64,000 bases of DNA from positions 78,558-142,557 of the forward strand of contig CAVWQM010000005.1 in assembly GCA_963757205.1 (NCBI GenBank), written 5' to 3'. Shown here one piece after another: positions 28,924 to 37,785 of the stretch; position 1 is the stretch's first letter, and each line of letters starts with the position of its first letter. Position numbers and translations under genes: made by a program. This DNA is from an uncultured Acidobacteriaceae bacterium. Its GTDB lineage: Bacteria > Acidobacteriota > Terriglobia > Terriglobales > Acidobacteriaceae. The notes under the pieces are model-generated. The model did no database searches. It was not told the origin of the DNA and saw only the letters and a list, made by a program, of their open reading frames with translations.

Positions 28924-31350
28924 TCAGTCACCGAAGATGCGGAGCTTCATTCCGGCGCGGATGGTGAAGGGCAGGCCGGGGTAGCCGATGGGGCCGATGT
29001 GTTGCTGGTCGAGAAGATTGTCGAGTTGAGTGAAGAGGGAGATGCGGTTGGTGGCGGTGAAGACGACGTTGAGGTCGAGTTTGGTGTAGGCGAAATCGAG
29101 GTTGTAGTTGGGGAGGAGGAGACTGTTGCCGCCGTTGCGGTCGTTGTTGAGTTGGAAGGTGGAGTCGTCGCTGCGGCTGGCGAAGGCGCCTTTGAGGGCG
29201 GTGGAGATGCGGCTGGTGGTGAATTCGGCGGCGAAGAAGCCGGTGCTGGGCGGGCGGCGGAAGGGACGGTTGCCGATGAGGGGAGAGAGGGCTCCTATGG
29301 GAATGCCGGGAAGATTGGGGTTGAAGGCCGGGGTTACGGTGTCGGATGCGAAGGACTGTTCGACGATGGAGGCGAGGTAGGTGTAGCCGCTGCGAAGGAA
29401 GAGGTGATTGAACGGCCGGTACTCGAGTTCGCCTTCGAAGCCCTGGGTCCGGTAGGCAAGAGAGTTGAGGGAGGCAGGAGGGAGCTGGGTGGCGATGCTT
29501 GCGGGGATGTTGAAGTAGTGTTCGAGGCCGGGGGCTCCGATGAACTCGAGCTGGTGGTTGAACTGGTTGTGGAAGTAGCCGGCTTTGAGGATGAGTTTCT
29601 GGTTGAGGATGTTCTGGTCGACGGCGAAGTCGTAGGTGCGGGAACGCTCGGCGGTGATGGGGGCGATGTTGAATGTGGAGTTGCCGGTTTGCTGGAGGAG
29701 CGTGGAGAGGCTGGTGAGTTGGGCGATGAGGGATGGCTCCTGCACGCCAGTGGCTACGTTGGCGCGGAGGAGGGTGCCGTGGAAGGGTTTGGCGCCGGGG
29801 CGGACGGCGTCGTAGGTGAGGCCGATGCGCGGGGTGCCGGTGATGCCTATGAGTTCGTTTTGTTCGACGGCTCCGCCGAGGGAGTAGAAGAGGCGGTGCT
29901 TGATGTCGCCCTGGACTTGGAGGGTGTAGAGGTAGTTTGTGCGTTTGATGATCTGGTTGAGCGCGGTGGAGGGGTTGAGGAGGCGGCCGCGTTCGTCTTC
30001 GTAGTCGAAGCTGAAGAGTGCGGCGATGCGCCAGGGGAAGGTGTAGCTGGATTGGTAGTAGAACTCGTCGCGGTTGGAGACGGTGTCGTAGGTGGGGAGG
30101 AGGAAGGCGGCCTGGCCGGCGGCGGTGTAGCCATTGGCTCCGCGGAGGATGACAGGGGCGCCGTAGTAGGTGGTGTGGGGGACGCCGTTGGTGATGGTTG
30201 TGACGGGCTGACCGGTGGGGATGAATTGCTCGACTTGTTCGCGATTGCGGGCGATGCCGTAGCGGGCGAGGTTGTGCCACTTCCCTTTCAGGACGTTTTC
30301 GACGGTGAGGCCGGAGTAGATGTTCTGGTCGGATTGTTTGCCGGAGGAGGAGATGCCGTAGATGTCATGGGCGCTGGGGAGGCCGGTGGCGGAGTCGGTG
30401 TTGCGGAGGGTGAAGCGGGCGGTGGTGTTGGAGAGGATGCTGTAGCCAATGTTCGCGGCTTCGTTTGTGGTGTGGTAGCGGTCGAGCGGGAGGGCGTTGG
30501 AGGTGTCGAAGCGGCTGAAGGCGGTTAAGTAGTCGAGGCGTTTGAAGGCGCCGGAGAGGATGGCTTCGTTGCGGTAGGTGTCGAAGTTGCCGCCGTCGCC
30601 GGTGTAGTTGATGGTGGGGCGAAGGGCCTTGGTGGGAGTGGTGGCGAGACTGACGATTGCGGCCTCGGCTCCGTTACCCTCGAGAGCGCTGTTGGCGCCG
30701 CGGTAGAGTTCGGGGCCGGTGAGGGCGGTGGTGGAGACGGGGCTGTAGTCGAAGTAGCCGCCGATGTTGGTTGAGGGGATGCCGTCGGTGAGGACTGCGT
30801 TGGCATCGGGGCCGCCGCCGCGCACGTAGAGAGTGACGGGACCGCCGGTCTGGCCGGTCTGGACGACGAACGTGCCGGGGGATTGGCGGAGGTCGTTGGT
30901 GATGCCGATTTGGGTGGCGAGGGCGGATTGCGGGATGAGGGTGATGGCGGAGGGAATCTTCTGAATGGGTGTCGGGATGCCGGTGGCGGTGACGGCGAGT
31001 TGTGGGTTCACGGTGGTGAATTGCATGACGATGTTGCGGGTGATAACAGCGGTGCGGCCGCCGTAGAAGTCCTGGCCGATGCTGGGAGTGTAAGGGGCGG
31101 CGGCGGTGAGGAGAAGGAAACGGCCGAGGGCGGTGCTGCGGATTTCGTAGGTGCCATCCATCTGGGTGATGGCGAAGGCGACGACTCCTTGGCCCTGGAC
31201 TAGTTGCACGCGAGCGTTGCCGAGGGGGACGCCGAAGGGAGTGGTGACGGTGCCGCGGACGATCACGGCTTTTGCGGGAAAGGTGAGGAGGGCCGCGGCG
31301 ATGAGGGTTAGGAGAGGCAGCGTCGCTCTGCGGTGGTGCGGATTGCGCAT
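28924..31350 (-). CDS. TonB-dependent receptor with N-terminal carboxypeptidase-regulatory-like domain
   Basis: Signal peptide, CarboxypepD_reg-like VIVRGTVTTPFGVPLGNARVQLV...DGTYEI, plug region (VTLYVRGGGPDANAVLTDGIP...ELYRGANSALEG) and a long beta-barrel part. ATG at 31350 is preferred over 31416. Confidence 0.85.
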   Translation of the reverse strand: MRNPHHRRATLPLLTLIAAALLTFPAKAVIVRGTVTTPFGVPLGNARVQLVQGQGVVAFAITQMDGTYEIRSTALGRFLLLTAAAPYTPSIGQDFYGGRTAVITRNIVMQFTTVNPQLAVTATGIPTPIQKIPSAITLIPQSALATQIGITNDLRQSPGTFVVQTGQTGGPVTLYVRGGGPDANAVLTDGIPSTNIGGYFDYSPVSTTALTGPELYRGANSALEGNGAEAAIVSLATTPTKALRPTINYTGDGGNFDTYRNEAILSGAFKRLDYLTAFSRFDTSNALPLDRYHTTNEAANIGYSILSNTTARFTLRNTDSATGLPSAHDIYGISSSGKQSDQNIYSGLTVENVLKGKWHNLARYGIARNREQVEQFIPTGQPVTTITNGVPHTTYYGAPVILRGANGYTAAGQAAFLLPTYDTVSNRDEFYYQSSYTFPWRIAALFSFDYEDERGRLLNPSTALNQIIKRTNYLYTLQVQGDIKHRLFYSLGGAVEQNELIGITGTPRIGLTYDAVRPGAKPFHGTLLRANVATGVQEPSLIAQLTSLSTLLQQTGNSTFNIAPITAERSRTYDFAVDQNILNQKLILKAGYFHNQFNHQLEFIGAPGLEHYFNIPASIATQLPPASLNSLAYRTQGFEGELEYRPFNHLFLRSGYTYLASIVEQSFASDTVTPAFNPNLPGIPIGALSPLIGNRPFRRPPSTGFFAAEFTTSRISTALKGAFASRSDDSTFQLNNDRNGGNSLLLPNYNLDFAYTKLDLNVVFTATNRISLFTQLDNLLDQQHIGPIGYPGLPFTIRAGMKLRIFGD

Positions 31351-31424
31351 GACTTTGATTGTATGTTGGTCGAAGACAGTTCTTTGTTGATTCGGCAAAG
31401 GCAACAGTAAGAGCAAATACGGAG

Positions 31425-31450
31425 ATTCTGAGCGTCGCTCAGAATGACGA
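31425..31450 (+). repeat. Hairpin plus GCTCAGAATGAC box (member of the intergenic repeat family)
   Basis: ATTCTGAG-CGTCG-CTCAGAAT (31425-31445) followed by GACGA. It shares the GCTCAG[GA]ATGAC motif with 32633-32646. Confidence 0.65.
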
Positions 31451-31523
31451 CGTCAAGCGTACACCGCCTGGGATACGCCGTTTGCGTAGTGCAATGCCTG
31501 CGTTTGAAGGATGCACGTTGGGT

Positions 31524-32492
31524 TCAGGGGATGAGGAGGAGTTTGCCGGTGGTTTTGCGGGATTCGAGGTCGCGGTGGGCGTGGGCGGCGTCGGTGAGAG
31601 GGTAGATGTGTTCGAGGCGGAGCATGAGGGTGCCGTTGGCTATGGCGTTGAAGATGTCGGTGGAACGGGCTTCGAGGTCAGCGGTGGTCGCGATGTAATC
31701 CTTCAGGGTTGGGCGGGTGACGTAGAGGGAGCCCATGGTGGAGAGACGAATGAGGTCGAAGGGAGGGACGGCTCCGCTGGCTCCGCCGAAGAGGACGAGG
31801 AGGCCGCGGGGGCGGAGGCACTGGAGAGATTGCTCGAAGGTGGTTTTGCCGACGGAGTCGTAGACGACGGGAAGGCCGCGGCCTGAGGTGAGTTGCTTTA
31901 CTTTTTCGGCGAAGTCTTCGCGGGCGTAGAAGATGATCTCGTCGGCACCAGCGGCTCGGGCGAGGGCGGCCTTTTCTTCGTTGGAGACGGTGGTGAAGAC
32001 GCGGGCTCCGAGGGCTTTGGCCAACTGGATGAAGAGGAGGCCGGTGCCGCCTGCTCCAGCGTGGATGAGGATTTCGTCGCCGCGCTTGACGGGGTACGCG
32101 GAGTGAAGGAGGTAGTGTGCGGTCATGCCCTGAAGGATGGCTGCTGCGGCCTGGTGGAAGCTGACGCCTTCCGGGATGGGGACGAGACGGTTGGCGGGTG
32201 CGACGGCGAGTTGCGCGTAGGTTCCGGGGACGAGACACCAGGCTACGCGGTCGCCTGCCTTGACGGTGGTGACGTCGGGGGCGGTGGCGACGACGATGCC
32301 TGCGGCCTCCTGGCCGAGGGTGTAGGGGAGTTTGGCGGGGTAGCGGCCCTCGCGGAAGTAAGTGTCGATGAAGTTGACTCCGGAGGCTTCGATGCGAATG
32401 AGGGCTTCGCCGGGGGCGGGGGTTGGGGTGGGAAGATCGCGGAGGGTGAGCACGTCAGCGGAGCCGGTGGTGAGGATTTGTATGGCTTGCAT
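31524..32492 (-). CDS. qor: NADPH:quinone oxidoreductase (zeta-crystallin-like MDR)
   Basis: MQAIQI...GEALIRIEASGVNFIDTYFREGRYP..., AGAGGTG cofactor motif, 322 aa from the ATG at 32492. Confidence 0.85.
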   Translation of the reverse strand: MQAIQILTTGSADVLTLRDLPTPTPAPGEALIRIEASGVNFIDTYFREGRYPAKLPYTLGQEAAGIVVATAPDVTTVKAGDRVAWCLVPGTYAQLAVAPANRLVPIPEGVSFHQAAAAILQGMTAHYLLHSAYPVKRGDEILIHAGAGGTGLLFIQLAKALGARVFTTVSNEEKAALARAAGADEIIFYAREDFAEKVKQLTSGRGLPVVYDSVGKTTFEQSLQCLRPRGLLVLFGGASGAVPPFDLIRLSTMGSLYVTRPTLKDYIATTADLEARSTDIFNAIANGTLMLRLEHIYPLTDAAHAHRDLESRKTTGKLLLIP

Positions 32493-32575
32493 GTGGATGC
32501 CAGAGTACAACACTGATGGTCGGGAGTGTATTCAAGATCGATCATTCGCGGCGGCAAGTGAAACCGCAGGTTCTC

Positions 32576-32650
32576 TCGACAAGCTCAGGACAGGCTCTTC
32601 GACTGCGCAGTTCGCAAAGCACCGTGAACTGCTCCGCTCAGGATGACAAG
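32576..32650 (+). repeat. Composite intergenic repeat (GCTCAGGACAGGCTCT box, 7-bp hairpin, GCTCAGGATGACAAG box)
   Basis: TCGACAAGCTCAGGACAGGCTCTTCGAC parallels 24788-24816. GCAGTTC (32607-32613) pairs with GAACTGC (32626-32632). It ends in CCGCTCAGGATGACAAG followed by a T-run. Confidence 0.7.
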
Positions 32651-32790
32651 TTTTTTTGTTGGTCCGGAGATGTATTGATGCGCCGGGGCGGCTGGTTCGT
32701 CTAAACTTGAGATATCAGATTTCAGTGGCGGTATCTGGTCTGCGATTTTGAGATGATTGTTGGGTATCGTTTGATATCGAAGGAGCGTGT

Positions 32791-34860
32791 ATGTCCCATC
32801 AGGATTTGCCGATTGCGATTTATTACGAGCAACCGAACTGGTTCAAGCCGTTGTTTGCGGAGTTGGACAAGCGCGGGACGAATTATGTGAAGTTGAACGC
32901 GGTGGAGCATAGCTACGGGCCGAGTGATAAGCCGGAGGAGAAGTATGCCCTGGTGCTGAACAAGATGAGTCCATCGGCGTGGAACCGTGGGCATGGGGAC
33001 CAGATTTTTTACACGCTGGGGTTCCTTGAGCATCTCGAGAGCCGGGGAGTTCGCGTGGTGAACGGGGTGAAGGCTTTTCGGAGCGAGTTGTCGAAGGCGA
33101 CGCAACTGGCGATGCTGGAGAGGCTAGGGCTGGGGTATCCGAAGGCGCGGGTGATTCATCGGGCATCGCAGGCGAGTGGCGCGGCGGAGGGGCTGCGCTT
33201 CCCTGTTGTCGTAAAGCCGAATATTGGCGGCAGCGGCAGCGGTGTGGTGAAGTTCAACACGAAGGAGCATCTGGCAGAGGCCGCGGGCACGGAAAACGGG
33301 CTGATGCTGGGCATGGATTCGACCGGGCTGGTGCAGGAGTTTGTTCCTGCGCGTGGCTCGTTTATCGTTCGGGTTGAAGTGCTGGACGGGAAGTATTTGT
33401 ACGCGATCAAGATACATATTACGGGCGAGACGTTTGATCTTTGCCCGGCGGATATCTGCAAGACGCCGCTGGGTGTGGAGTTGAACCGCGCGGCGTGTCC
33501 GGTGGATGCGCCGAAGACGGGGCTGACGGTGGAGGCGTTCGATACTCCGCCTGAGGTGATTGAAGAGGTGGAGCGGTTGATGGCTGCGGCGGGAATTGAG
33601 CTGGGTGGCGTGGAGTTTATGGTCGACGACCGCGATGGTGTGCGGATGTATTACGACATCAATGCGCTGTCGAACTTCGTGGCGGATGGGCAGAAGGTTG
33701 TCGGATTCGATCCGTTTGCTAAGCTGGCGGACTGGCTGGAGGCCGAGGCGAAGATTGTGAATGATCGCCGGGCCGGAGTGCACGGAGCTGGCAGGGGTTG
33801 GACGCTGATGTCGACGTCAAAGACAGGAATGCGATATGGCTTCTGGCTGCCGGTGTTCGGTGGCTGGCTGCGCAATGTCGATGACGAGAAGATGGAGGCG
33901 AGCTGGGAGTATGTTCGCGACTTGACGCAGCGGGCGGAGAAGATTGGATACGATCTGACGCTGATCGCTGAGCTGAATCTTAACGACATCAAGGGTGTGG
34001 ACGCGCCTTCGCTCGATGCGTGGTCGACGACGGCGGCGCTGGCTGCGGTGACGGAGCGGCTGGAGCTGATGGTTGCGGTGCGGCCGACGTTTCATAATCC
34101 GGCGCTACTGGCGAAGCAGGCGGCTTCGATCGATGTGATGTCGCATGGGCGGCTGACGCTGAATGTGGTTTCGAGCTGGTGGAAGGATGAGGCGACGAAG
34201 TACGGGGTTCACTTCGATGAGCATGACGACCGATACGCGCGGACTTCGGAGTGGCTGGATGTGGTGGATGGATGCTGGAAGCAGCAAGGGTTTTCGTACA
34301 AGGGCCGCTACTACGATGTGCGGGAGAATGTGCTTTCGCCGAAGCCGGTGAGCAAGCCGCGACCGACGCTGTATGCAGGTGGGGAGTCGGATGCAGCGAA
34401 GAATCTGATTGCGGCGAAGTGCGATGCGTACCTGATGCATGGTGATGAGCCGTCGGTTGTGGGCGCGAAGATTGCCGATATGAAGGAGCGTCGCGAAAAG
34501 CTGGGGCTGGGGCCGATGACGTTTGGCGTGGCCGGGTATGCGATTGTGCGGGACTCGGAGGCGGAGGCGCTGCGCGAGGTGGAGCGGATTACGGATGTGA
34601 AGCAGTCGGCGCGCGGGTATGCGAACTATGAGCAGTGGGTGACGGGTTCGCAGCTTGAGACGAAGGTTTCGCTGAAGGATTATTCGGTTTCGAATCGCGG
34701 ACTGAGGAGCGGGTTTGTGGGGACGCCGGAGCAGGTGGCGGAGCGGATGGAGGAGTTTACCGCAGTGGGGGTGGACCTGGTGTTGTTGCAGTCGAGCCCG
34801 CAGGCGGAGGAGATGGAGCGGTTTGGGGCGCAGGTGATTCGGAGTGGGGCTGCGGTTTAA
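32791..34860 (+). CDS. Fusion protein: N-terminal ATP-grasp (RimK-like) ligase domain and C-terminal luciferase-like (SfnG/SsuD-type) flavin monooxygenase domain
   Basis: Residues 1 to about 330 carry ATP-grasp motifs (FPVVVKPNIGGSGSGVVKF, GLVQEFVP...IVRVEVLDGKYLYAIKI, GVEFMVDD...YDINALSNF). Residues 347-689 are an LLM class domain (YGFWLPVFGGW..., LNVVSSWWKDEA...FDEHDDRYARTSEWL, GTPEQVAERMEEF). The frame is continuous with no stop. In-frame internal ATGs lie at 33808 and 33829. Confidence 0.8.
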   Translation: MSHQDLPIAIYYEQPNWFKPLFAELDKRGTNYVKLNAVEHSYGPSDKPEEKYALVLNKMSPSAWNRGHGDQIFYTLGFLEHLESRGVRVVNGVKAFRSELSKATQLAMLERLGLGYPKARVIHRASQASGAAEGLRFPVVVKPNIGGSGSGVVKFNTKEHLAEAAGTENGLMLGMDSTGLVQEFVPARGSFIVRVEVLDGKYLYAIKIHITGETFDLCPADICKTPLGVELNRAACPVDAPKTGLTVEAFDTPPEVIEEVERLMAAAGIELGGVEFMVDDRDGVRMYYDINALSNFVADGQKVVGFDPFAKLADWLEAEAKIVNDRRAGVHGAGRGWTLMSTSKTGMRYGFWLPVFGGWLRNVDDEKMEASWEYVRDLTQRAEKIGYDLTLIAELNLNDIKGVDAPSLDAWSTTAALAAVTERLELMVAVRPTFHNPALLAKQAASIDVMSHGRLTLNVVSSWWKDEATKYGVHFDEHDDRYARTSEWLDVVDGCWKQQGFSYKGRYYDVRENVLSPKPVSKPRPTLYAGGESDAAKNLIAAKCDAYLMHGDEPSVVGAKIADMKERREKLGLGPMTFGVAGYAIVRDSEAEALREVERITDVKQSARGYANYEQWVTGSQLETKVSLKDYSVSNRGLRSGFVGTPEQVAERMEEFTAVGVDLVLLQSSPQAEEMERFGAQVIRSGAAV

Positions 34861-34993
34861 ACGCGTCACTGGTTCGTGGTTGGGCGGTCGTTGATTGGCG
34901 GGCCTTTTTTTGGGAATGACGAGGTATCTGCAGGGTTAATCCACTTGTGGGGTTGTGGATTCATACGTGGCGTGGGGAGAGTTATTCTTTGCC

Positions 34994-35845
34994 ATGCTCC
35001 TTCGTTCCCTTCTACTCACATTAGCCTTCGCCTGCGGCGCGGTTGCGCAGGATAATCCTGACTGGACGACTCCTCATAAGCCATTTCGTGTGATTGGCAA
35101 CGTGTACTACGTGGGGGGCAAGGACCTGGCGTCGTATTTGATCACTACGTCTCAAGGGGACATTCTGATTAATAGCAGTCTGACGAGCAGCGTTCCTTTG
35201 ATTAAGAAGAACGTGGAGGCGTTGGGGTTTCACTTTACGGACGTGAAGATTCTGCTGATCAGCCATGCTCATTGGGATCATGCTGCAGGAAGTGCGGAGA
35301 TCAAGCGCCTGACGGGCGCAAAGTACATGGTGATGGATGCAGATGTGCCAGTGGTTGAGTCGGGTGGGAAAACGGATTTTCAGTATGGAGCGGAAGCTAG
35401 TAGCCACTTTCCGGTGACGAAGGTCGATCGCGTGCTGCATGACGGCGACGAGGTAAAGCTGGGCGGTGTGGTGCTGGTTGCGCACAAGACGCCGGGGCAC
35501 ACGAAGGGCTGCACCACGTGGACGATGAAGGTGCGAGAGGATAATCGCACGTACAACGTTGTGTTCGTGGGCAGTCCGAATGTGAATACGGGGTACAAGC
35601 TGGTGGGGAATACGGCTTACCCGGAGATTGCGAGGGACTACGAGTCGACGTTTCAGACCCTGAAGTCGTTGCCGTGCGATGTGTTTCTTGGGGCGCATGG
35701 AGGCTACTTCGGGATGGAGGCGAAGTTCGCACGGATGAAAGCGGGAGGGGTGAATCCGTTTGTCGATCCCGAGGGGTATAAGAGCTACGTCACAGAGAGG
35801 GAGCAGGCCTTTCGCACGGAGTTAGCGAAGCAGTCGGGCAGTTGA
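34994..35845 (+). CDS. Subclass B3 metallo-beta-lactamase family protein
   Basis: Signal peptide MLLRSLLLTLAFACGAVAQ. HAHWDH (HxHxDH), PGHTKGCTTW and GAHGGYF metal-ligand motifs. About 283 aa from the ATG at 34994. Confidence 0.8.
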   Translation: MLLRSLLLTLAFACGAVAQDNPDWTTPHKPFRVIGNVYYVGGKDLASYLITTSQGDILINSSLTSSVPLIKKNVEALGFHFTDVKILLISHAHWDHAAGSAEIKRLTGAKYMVMDADVPVVESGGKTDFQYGAEASSHFPVTKVDRVLHDGDEVKLGGVVLVAHKTPGHTKGCTTWTMKVREDNRTYNVVFVGSPNVNTGYKLVGNTAYPEIARDYESTFQTLKSLPCDVFLGAHGGYFGMEAKFARMKAGGVNPFVDPEGYKSYVTEREQAFRTELAKQSGS

Positions 35846-35999
35846 GCTGAGGTGCAAGGAATTGATCTGCCTGAGATGCAGGCTGCTATTCGCGAGTCGG
35901 TGCGAGCCCCAAATTTGTCCTTTCGCCGGCTGAAACGGAGTGGTAGGCTGGTGCATCCTGCGGCGGGATTTCCAAGGAAAATCACATGGCCGGGATCTG

Positions 36000-36617
36000 G
36001 TGAGGAAGAGATTGAGCGAACGGCGTCGGGAATCGGGGACAGCAGGCAGGGGCTTGTCCCTGATGGGTGTATTGATACTGGTTGCAGGGTGCCACGGCGG
36101 GCGGCAGAGTGGGGACGCCAGCCTTCTGGAGCGAATTTCGCGGGTAGGGCACTCGAAGATTGTGATGCCGAAGCCTGGGGAGCTTGCTGAAAAGGGCAAG
36201 GCCGAGATTGTCACGGAGTGCGAGAAGCAATCGTACGAGACCGCCAGCAAGGGTTTGATTGTGAGCGAGATCGGACTGCATGAGGATGTCTTCGTTCTGC
36301 GCGACCGCGTGACTTACGCCGGAATTGGCTATCAGTTGGATGAGGCGCAGAGGCTGGAGGAGTTGTTGCGGACGGAGGTTAGGGTTGCGGCTCATCCGGC
36401 GGACCAGGCGAAGTGCATCGAACAGTTTGCCGAGCATCTGGAGTCGTTGAGCGATCCGCTGGTGGAGGCGGACAAGAGACGGAAGGAACTCGATGCTTCG
36501 GCCTTTACCGATGCGGCAAAGGAAGCTCAGGAGCAAGCCGACAGGAAGCTGCGTGACGCTGACAGATCGTCAGGACCGAAGACGCAGCCGCCGGAGTCAC
36601 AAACGAACGACTATTGA
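36000..36617 (+). CDS. Putative lipoprotein with coiled-coil region, function unknown
   Basis: Lipobox-like LVAGC preceded by a basic n-region if GTG 36000 is the start. ATG 36063 would leave too short a signal. The C-terminal part is charged and helical. The start is uncertain. Confidence 0.45.
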   Translation: MRKRLSERRRESGTAGRGLSLMGVLILVAGCHGGRQSGDASLLERISRVGHSKIVMPKPGELAEKGKAEIVTECEKQSYETASKGLIVSEIGLHEDVFVLRDRVTYAGIGYQLDEAQRLEELLRTEVRVAAHPADQAKCIEQFAEHLESLSDPLVEADKRRKELDASAFTDAAKEAQEQADRKLRDADRSSGPKTQPPESQTNDY

Positions 36618-37585
36618 GTAAGACTCTCTTCGGAGCGCAGGCGAATGATTCGATCGACTGCATAGGGCGCGCGGTGCGAGGCAGTGTAGAAATGGCGCAC
36701 CTGAAGTTCGCCGAGGAGACCGATGCCCATGATTTGTATGCCGGCGAGAATGAGGACGCCGGCGATGACGAAGATTGGGCCGTGAAGAGACATGATGTGT
36801 TGGCCGGTCATGATTTTGAGGATCAAGAGCCAGGCGGCCATTCCTGCGCCGACCGACATTCCCAGGGCTCCGAGCGTGCCGAAGAAGTGCAGCGGGCGGG
36901 TCATATAACGAAGAAGGAATCGGATGGTGAGCAGGTCGAAGAAGACACGGAATGTGCGGGAGATTCCGTAGTGAGACTTCCCTGCCGTGCGTGCGGGGTT
37001 GGAGATGGGGATCTCACAGATACTGGCGCCATACCAGGAGGCGAGGGCGGGGATGAAGCGATGCATCTCGCCGTAGAGCGGGATGTTCTGGATGACTTCG
37101 CGGCGATAAGCCTTGAACGTTGTGCCGAAGTCGTGGATATCGACGTCGCTGAGGAGTGCCATGAGCCAATTGGCCGCACGCGAGGGAATGCGGCGCATGA
37201 TGAAGTTGTCGCCGCGATGCTCACGCCAGCCGCTGACGACGTCGTAACCTTCTTCCAGCTTGGCGAGGAAGTTGGGGATCTCCTCGGGGTCGTGCTGAAG
37301 ATCGCCGTCCATGGCGAGGATGAAGTCGCCCTGGGAGTGGTCGAAGCCGGCGGCGAGGGCAGAGGTTTGACCGAAGTTGCGGCGAAGCTTGATGACGAGA
37401 ACGCGGCTGTCGACGGCGGCGATCTCTTCCAGGAGGCGGTAGGTGCGGTCGCGGGAGCCGTCGTCGACGAAGACCAGCTCGAAGATTTCGCCGACCTGCT
37501 CCATGACCGCCTTGAGACGGTCGTACAGAGTGGTGACGTTTTCCTCTTCGTTATGGAACGGTACAACGATCGAATATTTCGGCAC
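36611..37585 (-). CDS. GT2 polyprenyl-phosphate glycosyltransferase (GtrB/ArnC/DPM1-like)
   Basis: YSIVVPFHNEEEN, VDDGSRD, DGDLQHDP (DxD) and two C-terminal TM helices. 324 aa. Confidence 0.85.
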   Translation of the reverse strand: MPKYSIVVPFHNEEENVTTLYDRLKAVMEQVGEIFELVFVDDGSRDRTYRLLEEIAAVDSRVLVIKLRRNFGQTSALAAGFDHSQGDFILAMDGDLQHDPEEIPNFLAKLEEGYDVVSGWREHRGDNFIMRRIPSRAANWLMALLSDVDIHDFGTTFKAYRREVIQNIPLYGEMHRFIPALASWYGASICEIPISNPARTAGKSHYGISRTFRVFFDLLTIRFLLRYMTRPLHFFGTLGALGMSVGAGMAAWLLILKIMTGQHIMSLHGPIFVIAGVLILAGIQIMGIGLLGELQVRHFYTASHRAPYAVDRIIRLRSEESLTQ

Positions 37586-37785
37586 GGTTTTAATGATACT
37601 CCTGTGGTCACGTTTGCTTGATCAAGGAACGTTGAGCAATATGACGCGTCTCGAGAGGATTTGGAGTCAACCCACTGACGGGCCGGTACGGTTCCCTGTT
37701 GAAAAGAGATTGTCGCAAAGAAGGTAACATATTCTTTATGAGGCAGTTCCGGGGTTGGCATGGATGCCTCTGAATTTTCCAGAGG

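Noticed and set aside
28810-30528. 572-aa plus-strand ORF, and the 450-aa alternative minus frame at 28928-30280
   Set aside because: Both overlap the TonB-dependent receptor gene. The sequences are Gly/Glu/Val/Ala or Pro/Arg low complexity typical of off-frame translation of GC-rich DNA.
32516-32704. 62-aa ORF upstream of the ATP-grasp::LLM gene, considered as a possible RiPP precursor peptide
   Set aside because: Most of it is translation of the GCTCAGG/GATGAC intergenic repeat, which also occurs at unrelated loci. It has no ribosome-binding site and no leader/core-like features.
36614-37621. 335-aa plus-strand ORF. The same reasoning applies to 3894-4754, 5483-6307, 20884-21552 and 31893-32516.
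   Set aside because: All are antisense to well-supported enzymes (GT2, Uxs, Ugd, SDR, Qor) and have an Asp/Gly/Glu/Val-rich composition with no motifs.
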